A DNA stretch of 64,000 nucleotides from Gammaproteobacteria bacterium. Its GTDB lineage: Bacteria; Pseudomonadota; Gammaproteobacteria; UBA12402. Positions 10,330-20,138 of this stretch are shown here, piece after piece (within the stretch, counting starts at the first letter, position 1; each line of letters begins with the position of its first letter). Position numbers and translations under genes: made by a program. The DNA is taken from positions 9,519 through 73,518 of the forward strand of contig JASFHH010000002.1 of NCBI GenBank assembly GCA_050123335.1, given 5' to 3'. The notes below the pieces were generated by a model that was not told where the DNA came from, searched no databases, and saw nothing but the letters and a program-made list of their open reading frames with translations.

Positions 10330-11391
10330 ATGGCAAAAAGCAAACAAGAAGTAACTTCTGCAGATAGCAGCGGTAAAGATAAAGCATTATTAGCGGCATT
10401 AGGCCAAATTGAGCGGCAATTTGGTAAGGGAACAGTAATGCGTATGGGTGACACTAGTGTTGCGCATGATATTGATGTGGTCTCAACTGGCTCATTAGGG
10501 CTGGATATAGCTTTAGGTATTGGCGGTTTGCCGCGTGGACGCATAGTAGAAGTTTATGGTCCTGAATCATCCGGTAAAACAACTTTGACCTTACATTTAG
10601 TGGCTGAGTGTCAGAAAAATGGTGGCACGGCAGCTTTTGTGGATGCCGAAAATGCGTTGGATCCAGTTTATGCTGAGAAATTAGGAGTTAATGTAAACGA
10701 ACTATTAATTTCTCAACCAGACAATGGTGAACAGGCGTTGGAAATCACTGATATGTTGGTGCGTTCGGGCGCGGTTGATTTGATCGTAATTGACTCAGTT
10801 GCGGCTTTAACTCCAAAGGCAGAAATTGAAGGCGAAATGGGCGATTCCCATATGGGGTTACAAGCACGATTAATGTCACAAGCGTTGCGTAAATTAACGG
10901 CGAACATTAAGCGCTCAAATACTTTGGTAATTTTCATTAACCAAATTCGCATGAAGATTGGAGTGATGTTTGGCAATCCGGAAACAACAACTGGTGGTAA
11001 TGCATTGAAGTTTTATTCTTCGGTGCGTCTCGATATTCGTCGTACTGGTGCAATCAAGAAAGGCGACGAAGTGTTAGGTAACGAAACTCGTGTAAAAGTG
11101 GTCAAGAATAAAGTCGCACCTCCATTCAAGAAAGCTGAGTTTGATATTATTTATGGGCAAGGTATTTCACGTGAAGGAGAAATCATTGATTTGGGAGTGA
11201 AGCACGATTTTGTCGAAAAATCTGGAGCTTGGTATAGTTATAATGGCGAACGCATTGGGCAAGGTAAAGATAATGTACGTAACTTTTTACAAGCTAACTC
11301 TGAAATTGCGGCAGATATTGAAGGAAAAATACGCGCGAAATTAATGGATGTTGCAAAATCTTGCGTTTCTGAAACGGAGTCTGAGGAATAA
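10330..11391 (+). CDS. recA: recombinase RecA
   Basis: GPESSGKTT Walker A motif and canonical RecA sequence throughout. 353 aa. Confidence 0.95.
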   Translation: MAKSKQEVTSADSSGKDKALLAALGQIERQFGKGTVMRMGDTSVAHDIDVVSTGSLGLDIALGIGGLPRGRIVEVYGPESSGKTTLTLHLVAECQKNGGTAAFVDAENALDPVYAEKLGVNVNELLISQPDNGEQALEITDMLVRSGAVDLIVIDSVAALTPKAEIEGEMGDSHMGLQARLMSQALRKLTANIKRSNTLVIFINQIRMKIGVMFGNPETTTGGNALKFYSSVRLDIRRTGAIKKGDEVLGNETRVKVVKNKVAPPFKKAEFDIIYGQGISREGEIIDLGVKHDFVEKSGAWYSYNGERIGQGKDNVRNFLQANSEIAADIEGKIRAKLMDVAKSCVSETESEE

Positions 11392-11844
11392 ATGACCGAG
11401 CAAGAAGTTCGTAATGTTGCAATAAAATTATTGGCGCAACGTGAACATTCACGTTATGAATTACAAAGTAAATTATTAATTCGTAAATATGATCGCGCAG
11501 TCATTGAAAAAGTATTGGACGAATTAAGTCAGACAAATTTACAAAGTGATATTCGCTTTGCGCAAAGTTATACGCGGATGAAAATGGCGCGAGGTTTTGG
11601 TCCAATACGTATTCGCCAAGAACTGCACGATCGTGGGATTGCTGATGATTTAATTGAAGAATGTTTGGCGATAAGTTTAGATGCATGGATGCAGGAAATA
11701 ATTAAAGTGCGGAGTAAAAAGTTTGGCTCTGACGTACCGCACGATTATGAGGAGCGTGCTAAACAAATGCGTTTTTTGCAATATCGAGGTTTTACTACTG
11801 AACAAATAAAACGAGGAATGAGATCGATCGATGAAAACAGCTAA
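11392..11844 (+). CDS. recX: RecA regulator RecX
   Basis: Lies immediately downstream of recA. It is a 150-aa helical protein with the conserved RecX pattern (...LLAQREHSRYELQSKL...). The recA-recX-alaS synteny supports the call. Confidence 0.85.
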   Translation: MTEQEVRNVAIKLLAQREHSRYELQSKLLIRKYDRAVIEKVLDELSQTNLQSDIRFAQSYTRMKMARGFGPIRIRQELHDRGIADDLIEECLAISLDAWMQEIIKVRSKKFGSDVPHDYEERAKQMRFLQYRGFTTEQIKRGMRSIDENS

Positions 11845-14383
11845 ATTACGAAAAGTTTTTTTAGATTATTTTCAAAAAAAACAACATGAAATAGTTGCTA
11901 GCAGTTCTTTAGTGCCAGAAGATGATCCAAGTTTGTTTTTTGTTAATGCGGGCATGGTGCCATTTAAAAATGTATTTTTAGGTAGAGAAAAAAGACCTTA
12001 TGTTCGTGCGACTTCAGTGCAAAAATGTATGCGGGTTAGCGGAAAGCATAATGATTTAGAACAGGTTGGTTTTACTGCACGCCATCATACTTTCTTTGAA
12101 ATGCTAGGCAATTTTAGTTTTGGTGATTATTTTAAGCGTGAAGCGATTCAGTATGCGTGGGAATTTTTGACTGATGTTTTAAAAATTCCTGCAGAAAAAT
12201 TATGGATAACAGTTTATAAAGATGATCAGGAAGCTGCTGATATTTGGCTAAAAGAAATAAAAATTGATCCAAAACAATTTTCTAGATGTGGAGAAAAAGA
12301 TAATTTTTGGGCGATGGGTGATATTGGTCCTTGTGGCCCTTGCTCAGAAATTTTTTATGATCATGGTGATAAATTTTCTGGTGGTCCTCCGGGTTCTCCA
12401 GATGAAGATGGTGATCGGTATGTAGAAATTTGGAATTTAGTGTTCATGCAGTATAACCGCGATCATAATGGTAATTTAACTCCATTACCAAAACCATCAA
12501 TAGATACTGGTATGGGTTTGGAACGAGTTGCGGCGGTAATGCAAGGAGTGCATAGTAATTACGATATTGATTTATTTCAAGATTTACTTAAAGCTGTTGC
12601 TGATGTTGTTGGTGCAAAAGATTTTGATGATCCTGGATTAAAAGTCATTGCTGACCACATTCGTGCAAGTGTATTTTTAATTGCAGATGATGTGTTACCA
12701 TCCAATGAAGGCAGGGGTTATGTGTTGCGCCGTATTATTCGGCGTGCAATTAGGTATGGAAATAAATTAGGAATGAGTAGGCCATTTTTTTATAAATTGG
12801 TTGCACCATTGGTTAAAATCATGGGTGATGCTTACCCAGAAATTTCCACAGCACAGCATTTTATTGAAAAAACCATATTGCATGAAGAAGAACAATTTGC
12901 CAAAACTTTACATCTTGGTTTAAAGATTTTAGAAGAAGACATTGCACATTTAAAAACAAAAGTTATTCCGGGTGGGATAGTGTTTAAATTATATGATACT
13001 TATGGCTTTCCGGAAGATTTAACTGCAATTATTGCGCGTGAGCGTGGTTTAGAAATTGATATAAAAGGTTTTGAAAAAGAAATGCAACAACAGCGTAATC
13101 GTTCAAAAGCTTCCAGTCAGTTTAAAACTGATTATAATCTTGAATTGCCCGAGATGTCAGCTACTAAATTTATTGGTTATGATAATTTAACTTGCGATGG
13201 TAAAGTTTTAGCTTTGCTGCAAAATAATAAGTTGGTAGATGAATTAAATAATGGTGAGGGTGCAATTGTTTTAGACTGTACCCCGTTTTTTGCTGAAGCT
13301 GGTGGACAAATTGCCGATACAGGTGAAATTAAATTGGCTTCCGGCATTTTTGCGGTACATGATACGCAAAAAATCGGTAATGTGATTGTGCACTTTGGGA
13401 AAATGCAGCAAGGGAAATTACATACTGATGATAAAGTTACTGCTTGCGTTTCTCCTGATAATCGCCGCGCAGTTGCATTGAATCACACAGCAACACATTT
13501 GTTACATGCAGCGTTGCGTAAAGTTTTAGGTAAACATGTAAAACAAAAAGGTTCTTTGGTTGCAGCTGATCGGTTGCGTTTTGATTTTTCTCATCCTAAT
13601 CCGGTTACACCAAAAGAATTATATCAAGTTGAAGAATTGGTTTATGCACAAATTTTATCGAATTGTCCGGTAGAAACTAATATTATGGCACCGAATGATG
13701 CAATGAAAATGGGTGCTATGGCATTATTTGGTGAGAAATATGGTGAAAAAGTTCGTGTGTTAAGTATTGGCGATTTTTCATTAGAGCTTTGTGGTGGCAC
13801 ACATGTGCAACGCACTGGCGATTTAGGTTATTTTCGTATCATTAGCGAAACAGGTGTGGCTGCAGGAGTGCGTCGAATTGAAGCAGTAACAGGTTGGGGT
13901 GCTTCACAATTTGTTTTACAACAAGCAGAGCATAATCATGCAGAGCTTGCGCAATTACAATTACAAAAACGCGAATTGCAAAAGAGCATTGAACAACTTA
14001 AAAATAAATTGGCTGGAAGTTTTGTAAATGATTTAGCGAATGCCGCAAAAAAAATTAACGATATAAATGTTTTAACCGCAATAGTTTCTGATGTTGATGT
14101 AAAAGGTTTGCGCACATTATTAGATCAATTAAAAAATAAATTTGATGAAGCAGTGATTGTGTTAGCAACAACTAAAAATAATGTGGTTAATTTAGTTGCA
14201 GGTGTAACAAAAAGTTGCACAAATCGTTTTCATGCTGGTGAAATAGTAAACATTGTTGCTAAAAAAATAGGCGGAAAAGGTGGTGGTAGAAAAGATTTAG
14301 CACAAGGTGGTGGCAATAATTTAAACGAATTAAATAATGCATTAATTCTTGTTGAAAAGTATGTTAAAGAAGGTATAAAATAA
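11831..14383 (+). CDS. alaS: alanine--tRNA ligase
   Basis: Class II aaRS motifs of AlaS (FTARHHTFFEMLGNFSFGDY; editing domain HTATHLLH...CGGTH). The 5' end overlaps the recX 3' end by 14 nt. Confidence 0.95.
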   Translation: MKTAKLRKVFLDYFQKKQHEIVASSSLVPEDDPSLFFVNAGMVPFKNVFLGREKRPYVRATSVQKCMRVSGKHNDLEQVGFTARHHTFFEMLGNFSFGDYFKREAIQYAWEFLTDVLKIPAEKLWITVYKDDQEAADIWLKEIKIDPKQFSRCGEKDNFWAMGDIGPCGPCSEIFYDHGDKFSGGPPGSPDEDGDRYVEIWNLVFMQYNRDHNGNLTPLPKPSIDTGMGLERVAAVMQGVHSNYDIDLFQDLLKAVADVVGAKDFDDPGLKVIADHIRASVFLIADDVLPSNEGRGYVLRRIIRRAIRYGNKLGMSRPFFYKLVAPLVKIMGDAYPEISTAQHFIEKTILHEEEQFAKTLHLGLKILEEDIAHLKTKVIPGGIVFKLYDTYGFPEDLTAIIARERGLEIDIKGFEKEMQQQRNRSKASSQFKTDYNLELPEMSATKFIGYDNLTCDGKVLALLQNNKLVDELNNGEGAIVLDCTPFFAEAGGQIADTGEIKLASGIFAVHDTQKIGNVIVHFGKMQQGKLHTDDKVTACVSPDNRRAVALNHTATHLLHAALRKVLGKHVKQKGSLVAADRLRFDFSHPNPVTPKELYQVEELVYAQILSNCPVETNIMAPNDAMKMGAMALFGEKYGEKVRVLSIGDFSLELCGGTHVQRTGDLGYFRIISETGVAAGVRRIEAVTGWGASQFVLQQAEHNHAELAQLQLQKRELQKSIEQLKNKLAGSFVNDLANAAKKINDINVLTAIVSDVDVKGLRTLLDQLKNKFDEAVIVLATTKNNVVNLVAGVTKSCTNRFHAGEIVNIVAKKIGGKGGGRKDLAQGGGNNLNELNNALILVEKYVKEGIK

Positions 14384-14459
14384 AATTCCTGTTTGAAAAA
14401 AAACAGATGGAAAAAAATAATTCAAATCTTTTTTGGATTAAGTTTTTAAATTAAATGGA

Positions 14460-14700
14460 ATGGCAGGAGTGATTGCAAATTAATTGTAATAACTTCTGAA
14501 ATAAATCAAGTAAACTTGGCCCTGATTAGGGAGGAAAGAAGGGGGAGTTTAATCTTACGTATTAAACGCTCTTTTAATGTGCAAGTAGGTTAATGCAAAT
14601 TATTTTGCTTGCTGGGAGCATTAAGAATTGAGGAAAAGTGAGGGAATGTCGGCCAAGGATGGCTAGGCCTCTTTTAGTTACTTAGCTATAAGAAGGCTAT
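14460..14700 (+). ncRNA. candidate CsrA-titrating small RNA (RsmY/RsmZ/CsrB-like), GGA-motif rich
   Basis: About 8 GGA motifs fall within ~200 nt, including AAGGAUGG presented in the loop of a GGCC...GGCC hairpin (14651-14670). The region sits immediately upstream of csrA and is followed by hairpins with U-rich tails. No ORF is present. Confidence 0.25.
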
Positions 14701-14787
14701 ATGCCAATCCTACCTCAAGATGCGATTTTTGGTTTTCGCTTTTGCATTGTTCGCCAAAATTTCGCATCTTGAGGTAGGATTGGCATA
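14701..14787. repeat. 87-nt near-perfect inverted repeat (about 25-bp perfect stem) with U-rich 3' tail
   Basis: ATGCCAATCCTACCTCAAGATGCGA ... TCGCATCTTGAGGTAGGATTGGCAT was read directly from the sequence. It is followed by AGCTCTTTTCTTT. Confidence 0.6.
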
Positions 14788-15072
14788 GCTCTTTTCTTTA
14801 ATTACCGGATGATTTGTTCAAAAAATGAACAAAAGTGGTTGTTTTGGGGTATTTTTGTGATTTTTTCGCAAAAAAAAACCAAAAAATTTGAATCCTTAAG
14901 GTTTTTTTAAGGTTTATCTACTACAATAAGATCATCCTAGGTGTTTAATGTCTTCCGTTAAAGCTTGGGGAGTGGGTTTTGTTCAAAGTGTATATGTTGA
15001 GCAAAGATAAGTTGATACAAAGTATTAAATAGGGAATAAGTACTATAGTTACTATAAGGATATAAGGAGTTC

Positions 15073-15276
15073 GTGATGCTGATTTTAACAAGACGTACAG
15101 GAGAAAGTTTGATTATAGGGGATGATGTTACAGTAACTGTGCTTGGTATTAAAGGTAACCAAGTACGTATTGGAGTAAACGCTCCAAAGGAAGTTTCTGT
15201 TCATCGCGAAGAAATATATCAGCGTATTCAGGATGAGAAACAAGGAAAGGGAAGTAGCGACAGCGATAAGGAATAA
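15073..15276 (+). CDS. csrA: carbon storage regulator CsrA (RsmA)
   Basis: [48 protein letters not shown] is the canonical CsrA sequence. The leader has two GGA motifs, one of them in the SD. Confidence 0.95.
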   Translation: MMLILTRRTGESLIIGDDVTVTVLGIKGNQVRIGVNAPKEVSVHREEIYQRIQDEKQGKGSSDSDKE

Positions 15277-15552
15277 TGTTTCTGACGACTGTTAGAAATA
15301 TCTTGATAAAGGAATGTTTGGTTCTTGTTTATGTAGTTGCGTGTAATCTGCGCGTATTTATATACCCATCACGATCGAATTTTTTCTAAACCAAAACATC
15401 TAATTCTAAACGCAATTCGGCGCATTACAAAACGGAAAGCCTGATCATAATAGGTATCGTATGTCATTTATTTTTACTGTAAAATCTGTGTAATTTTCTC
15501 AGCTTGCAACGGTCTAATTCTCAAGTTATACTCAGCCGTTTTAGAATACTTT

Positions 15553-15647
<95 letters not shown>

Positions 15648-15739
15648 TAATATGTAGATTTAGTATTAAGATAGAAAGAAGATTTAAAAAATTAGTTATA
15701 GCGGGGATGAGAACCCTCGCAATCGCAAAGCGATTGGAA

Positions 15740-15851
15740 GAGGGTTCGACAAAATCGGCAGGATAGCCGATTTTGAACGTCGAAGCGAAGCTTCGACGGC
15801 CCGAAGGGCGAGGACACAGGATGTGTCCGAGTAATCCCTCTCTCTCCGCCA
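15740..15851 (+). pseudogene. tRNA-Ser-like 3' fragment (T-arm + acceptor 3' strand + CCA) split in the T-loop by an ~85-nt structured insert
   Basis: GAGGGTTCGA | insert | ATCCCTC TCTCTCC G CCA. The insert contains the hairpins AATCGGCAGGATAGCCGATT and GAGGACACAGGATGTGTCCGAG. Confidence 0.5.
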
Positions 15852-15879
15852 TTTATATTACAGAGTAACATAAGCTTTT

Positions 15880-15953
15880 GCGCCCGTAGCTCAGCTGGAT
15901 AGAGTACCTGGCTACGAACCAGGCGGTCGGGAGTTCGAATCTCTCCGGGCGCG
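15880..15953 (+). tRNA. tRNA-Arg (anticodon ACG)
   Basis: 74-nt cloverleaf: acceptor GCGCCCG/CGGGCGC, anticodon loop CUACGAA, T-loop GGGAGTTCGAATCTCTC, discriminator G; CCA is not encoded. Confidence 0.9.
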
Positions 15954-15990
15954 CTTAGATTCAAAAAAAATCCACTTATAAGTGGTTTCG

Positions 15991-16845
15991 TTAGTTGCTT
16001 TTTTGTTGTTCTTCCTGTTGCTCGATTTGATTCAAATAATTTTTCTGTGATATGACTTGCTTCCCAGTTTCTTTTTCTAATTCCACGCGAGCATTGCCAG
16101 CAATTTTACCGCCTTTTTGCGCTGCATCTTTATTTGCATTAAAACCTTGTGCATTTTTGCTGCGAGTTATTTCTGTGGTTGATGCTTCACCAAGCATTGA
16201 AAAAATTAACTCTAGATCAGTCATGTGATCGCGCAAATTTTCTCGCTTGAGCTTTTTATGTTTTTTATATTCATTTGGTGTCATGCCAAAGGCAGCTTTG
16301 GAAATTTCTGCAGTTAAAATTGCGTATTCGCGTTGTTCTTTGACATCACGTTTTTTCCATTCCTCAGTTAATTCATCACGAATTGCAATACTGCGCATTC
16401 GTTTTTCAATCCAATCATCTGAGTAACCTTTGGCTTTGTAAATAGCGCGAGTACGTTTTGAGGCAAGCTCCGGATCCTCGATTTCCTGAATTCTCTCATA
16501 CCCAACTTTGGCTAACCATCTTTTGAACGGCTCAGCCTTGGGTGAGGGGATAGATTGAATTATGCGGAAAATTCCTTCGGTGTTGGCGGCGTTTAGCTTT
16601 TGTTTACCACCAGAAGTTTCAAAATAAAGGGGGGTGACAATTTGTCCCCACCCTTTGGTTAACTCGTTGTCTCTTATACGCATTTTTTTAATATAGTCAC
16701 TTGCATTAACTGAATCGGTTAATGCTTGTACAACATCGGCAATTACAAACCACCATTCCCCATTATGCATGGTTTTGCGTATATTTTTGCCTTTAAAGAC
16801 AGCAATTTTGGTTGATGACTCAATAGTTGTATTATTCTTGTTCAT
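15991..16845 (-). CDS. Bro-N domain (phage antirepressor-like) protein
   Basis: The N-terminus (...AVFKGKNIRKTMHNGEWWFVIADVVQALTDSVNASDYIKKM...) matches the Bro-N/KilA-N-type DNA-binding fold that is frequent on mobile elements. Immediately adjacent to tRNA-Arg. Confidence 0.6.
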   Translation of the reverse strand: MNKNNTTIESSTKIAVFKGKNIRKTMHNGEWWFVIADVVQALTDSVNASDYIKKMRIRDNELTKGWGQIVTPLYFETSGGKQKLNAANTEGIFRIIQSIPSPKAEPFKRWLAKVGYERIQEIEDPELASKRTRAIYKAKGYSDDWIEKRMRSIAIRDELTEEWKKRDVKEQREYAILTAEISKAAFGMTPNEYKKHKKLKRENLRDHMTDLELIFSMLGEASTTEITRSKNAQGFNANKDAAQKGGKIAGNARVELEKETGKQVISQKNYLNQIEQQEEQQKSN

Positions 16846-17080
16846 GATTGTACCTCCTTTTTGATTTTTTTATTTTGCATCTAAAAACCTCTATTTCATC
16901 CGTGAAATCTTGAATTGCCCAAATCATTTGATAAATTGTATCACGATCAAGTTCTAGCTCCCCTTCCTGAGTAGCTAGCAGACCACTTATGATCGCTTGT
17001 ATTTTGATGAATCTTTCATCTATTGCATCTTGCAAATCTAGTTCTGAAAGTGAAGGATTAAGCAGAAAAATATTATCCAT
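16832..17080 (-). CDS. small hypothetical protein (82 aa)
   Basis: ORF overlapping the start of the Bro-N gene by 14 nt (operon-like). No motif. Confidence 0.3.
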   Translation of the reverse strand: MDNIFLLNPSLSELDLQDAIDERFIKIQAIISGLLATQEGELELDRDTIYQMIWAIQDFTDEIEVFRCKIKKSKRRYNHEQE

Positions 17081-17395
17081 AAATCACCCGTTTTTATTTT
17101 GAATTAAATATGCATCAACAAAATTTATATTGATGTCCGGGATTTTACAGGTTAGCCTTCCTGCCGTGTGAGTGTTTCGAGCACCATTGTTACGATAAAT
17201 TTAATATGGGTGTTTGTCAATGATAAAAAACTTAAAAAAAGTTTTTTAATATAGTCAAATGTTTATTGGAAACAGAAAATTGCTTAAACTTTATTTAGAT
17301 TATAGGCTAAAATAAGCTGGATTGTAGCTGAAATAGCTATGTGTGAAAGATAAAGCAATGTAAATTGCAGCTATGTAACTGTAGGAGATGTAGCG

Positions 17396-18643
17396 ATGAA
17401 AATAGCTTTTTTGATAGAAGGGTATAAGTTAGATTATAAATGCCGAAGCATCCAATGGGCAATTAATTTAGCAAAAAAAAATTCTGCTTTAATATTTGAT
17501 ATTATTGAATCATGTTCGCCTATACATTTGAGCGAGGCACTTCGCTTGTTTCCTAAAAAAGAATGGGCTTTTTGCGTACTGGGATGGATTACTACTTTAG
17601 AAAATCATGGAAGAGATTTGAAAAACATTATAACTTTAATTAAGTGGTGTTTTGAAAATCTTATCAAAGAAGGTCATATAAAAAAAATACCAACTTACCT
17701 AGAAAACTTATATGATCAAAGCAAAAAATCAAAATTAAATTTTGAGAAAGCAAAGGTTATGTTAGATAAACACATTCCAAAAGAATATACATCATCAGAT
17801 AAAATTGAAAAATTCTCTCAAAAATTAAATAAAATAATGAATGAAACCAGTAATAAGTTGTCTAGAATAAATTTTCTAAAATGGCTAGAAAAAAACAAGG
17901 AAGTCCGGGAAATTTTTGTTTATGTTGGGGAGAATCATATTGATTTTTGTGATTCCATAGAAAAAGTAAAGATAATTAAAAAAAGTAATGATATGCGAAG
18001 ATTATGTGTAAATATATTTGGTAAAAATGTTTATATTAATATATTTAGAGTAACACATAGAGATGTCAAGTATTATGAGTCTGATGTCAAGCATTATGAG
18101 TCTATGGAGCAATTTGCAAAAGGGCGTGGTCTTATAATTCCAAAAAATACCTCACAAATAATTCAAGATACCTCACAAATAATTCAAGATACCTCACAAA
18201 TAATTCAAGAAGACCTCTTGCAGACAAATCGTGGTCTTGTGAATGATTTATTGCTTGCTTGGAGTTATGCTAATGATGCACTTAAAAAATTAATTGAACG
18301 TGGTGAAAAAAAACCAGTATTTTCCAGCAAGTTTCCAAAAAAACAGTTTTCAGAAAAAAAGTTTCCAAAAAAAGTCAAGTTTGATTTGCATAAATGCGTT
18401 CAAAAATTTGATTTTTGGATGAAGTATTATAATCATTTTAATACAACAGATACACAAGAGCTGTATGCTTGGTTACATGCAGATAGAGGTAGTAGGTTAG
18501 TGTCTGAATATAGTGATTTTTGTAAATTGGCTGAAGCTTTAAAGAAAAAGAAATATAATATTATATTCCCTCTTTCAGAATTTAAGTTTAAAGAGAATAT
18601 GAAGATAGCGCATTCTCGCGAAAAAGAATACTCTATGATTTAA
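17396..18643 (+). CDS. hypothetical protein with in-frame tandem repeats
   Basis: 415-aa Lys-rich ORF. It contains 3x TSQIIQD (21-nt units), 2x DVK[YH]YES and KFPKK repeats. Confidence 0.4.
   Translation: MKIAFLIEGYKLDYKCRSIQWAINLAKKNSALIFDIIESCSPIHLSEALRLFPKKEWAFCVLGWITTLENHGRDLKNIITLIKWCFENLIKEGHIKKIPTYLENLYDQSKKSKLNFEKAKVMLDKHIPKEYTSSDKIEKFSQKLNKIMNETSNKLSRINFLKWLEKNKEVREIFVYVGENHIDFCDSIEKVKIIKKSNDMRRLCVNIFGKNVYINIFRVTHRDVKYYESDVKHYESMEQFAKGRGLIIPKNTSQIIQDTSQIIQDTSQIIQEDLLQTNRGLVNDLLLAWSYANDALKKLIERGEKKPVFSSKFPKKQFSEKKFPKKVKFDLHKCVQKFDFWMKYYNHFNTTDTQELYAWLHADRGSRLVSEYSDFCKLAEALKKKKYNIIFPLSEFKFKENMKIAHSREKEYSMI
18149..18211 (+). repeat. 3 tandem copies of a 21-nt unit (ACCTCACAAATAATTCAAGAT) inside the CDS
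   Basis: Read directly from the sequence. The copies are in frame and encode TSQIIQD x3. Confidence 0.85.
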
Positions 18644-18652
18644 TTTTTTTAA

Positions 18653-18680
18653 CTGCGAACCAGGCGGTCGGAAGTTCGAA
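18653..18680 (+). repeat. partial tRNA-Arg 3'-half copy (CTGCGAACCAGGCGGTCGGAAGTTCGAA) followed by an AAAAAATTGCAGG motif
   Basis: Near-identical to the anticodon-stem-to-T-loop segment of the tRNA-Arg at 15880-15953. It is truncated within the T-loop. Confidence 0.55.
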
Positions 18681-18786
18681 AAAATTGCAGGGGCAGATTA
18701 TTTTTGATTTAGAACTAATTGAATAAGTCGAAATTAAAATAGTTTTTGCATCAAGTTACTATTGATGTAATAGCTTAGACTGTTTG

Positions 18787-19953
18787 CTAATGGTTTTGCA
18801 GTAATTTAATTAAGTCTTCAATATTGATAAAAGTAACCACAATGTCATCATATTGTTTTTGATAGCTTTCGTTGACGTCAAAGCCTACAACAAAATTTTC
18901 TCCTTTAGGGTAATGCTTGCGAAAAATATGTAAACTTTTGGAGTTAAATGTGTCGGCGCTCCATTTGCATTCAATAGCAATAGGTTCTTTTCGATTACGT
19001 TTTTTGAGATAAATAAAGTCTATTTCATGACGTCTTTTGTCTCTCCAATAGTAAATATTTCTGGTTTGCAAATTACCGTGTAATTCGTTTAATACACAAT
19101 GCTCCCACAACAAACCCATATCATCCGTTCTTAATTTGTGCCAACTTTTAGCATAACAAATCATTCCTGTATCAAAACCATAAACTTTAGGTGCAGAGAT
19201 AATTTCGGAAGGCAGGTGGGAATTAAAAGGTCTAACAATGTGTGCAACAAATGTCGCTTCTAAAACTGAAAGATAATTTGATATTGTTGTTCTGCTAACT
19301 TCACAAGGAGAAGTAAATCTAGTTGCTTCAAAAATATTGCCGCTTTGAGTAAATAATAATTCAACAAATTTTTGAAAAGAATGACGTCGTTCTAATCTAA
19401 ATAATTCTTGAATATCTTTAGCCCAATAGGAATCTATCCATTCGAGAAATTCTTTTTCAGGAAATTCTTTTGACATAAAAAATGGGGGTAAGCCACCATG
19501 CAATAATCGATGTTCAATTTTTTTATTTCCAAAGATTTTAGACTCAGATAATAACATTGGTGTTAACCACAGTTCTGTTTTGCGTCCTGTTAATGTGTCG
19601 CCAAATTTACTGGATGCGCCAAGTGTGGATGAGCCTGTTGCAATGATTTTAATATCCGAAAAATGATCTGCTGCGATTTTTAATAGTTCAGATGGATTGG
19701 TTAATCTATGAATTTCATCCAGTACCAGACGCCCGCCGTTTTTGCTTGTCAAAAATAATTCTGCGTTTTCCATTTGTTTGCGCACGCTAGGAAGCTCACA
19801 ATCGTAGTAATCGACATTATCCAAGCTTCTGCAGAGGCAAGTTTTGCCTACGCGCCTAACGCCAGATAGCCAGAGGATAGATTTTCTTTCCCAGGCTTGT
19901 TCAATTTTATTTTTCCAAAAAATACGTTCTTTCATGGTTTGCTCCAAATGCAA
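18787..19953 (-). CDS. AAA+ ATPase, DUF4143-type
   Basis: Walker A GVRRVGKT; architecture and length (388 aa) are typical of the ATPase/DUF4143 family common in islands. Confidence 0.7.
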   Translation of the reverse strand: MHLEQTMKERIFWKNKIEQAWERKSILWLSGVRRVGKTCLCRSLDNVDYYDCELPSVRKQMENAELFLTSKNGGRLVLDEIHRLTNPSELLKIAADHFSDIKIIATGSSTLGASSKFGDTLTGRKTELWLTPMLLSESKIFGNKKIEHRLLHGGLPPFFMSKEFPEKEFLEWIDSYWAKDIQELFRLERRHSFQKFVELLFTQSGNIFEATRFTSPCEVSRTTISNYLSVLEATFVAHIVRPFNSHLPSEIISAPKVYGFDTGMICYAKSWHKLRTDDMGLLWEHCVLNELHGNLQTRNIYYWRDKRRHEIDFIYLKKRNRKEPIAIECKWSADTFNSKSLHIFRKHYPKGENFVVGFDVNESYQKQYDDIVVTFINIEDLIKLLQNH

Positions 19954-20138
19954 CTATGATTGCATATAGTTTAACTATATGCAACTATAAATGCAAATAG
20001 TTTATCCACTTTTGTCTTAATCAATAACCTCGCGTGTGAGATTCGCGTGATTGGGTTCTCATAAGTTGGCATTTGTACGTGTTTGCAATGGGCATCCGCA
20101 TTTAAAAAATTATTAAAAATCAAAGTATTACGTTTAAA

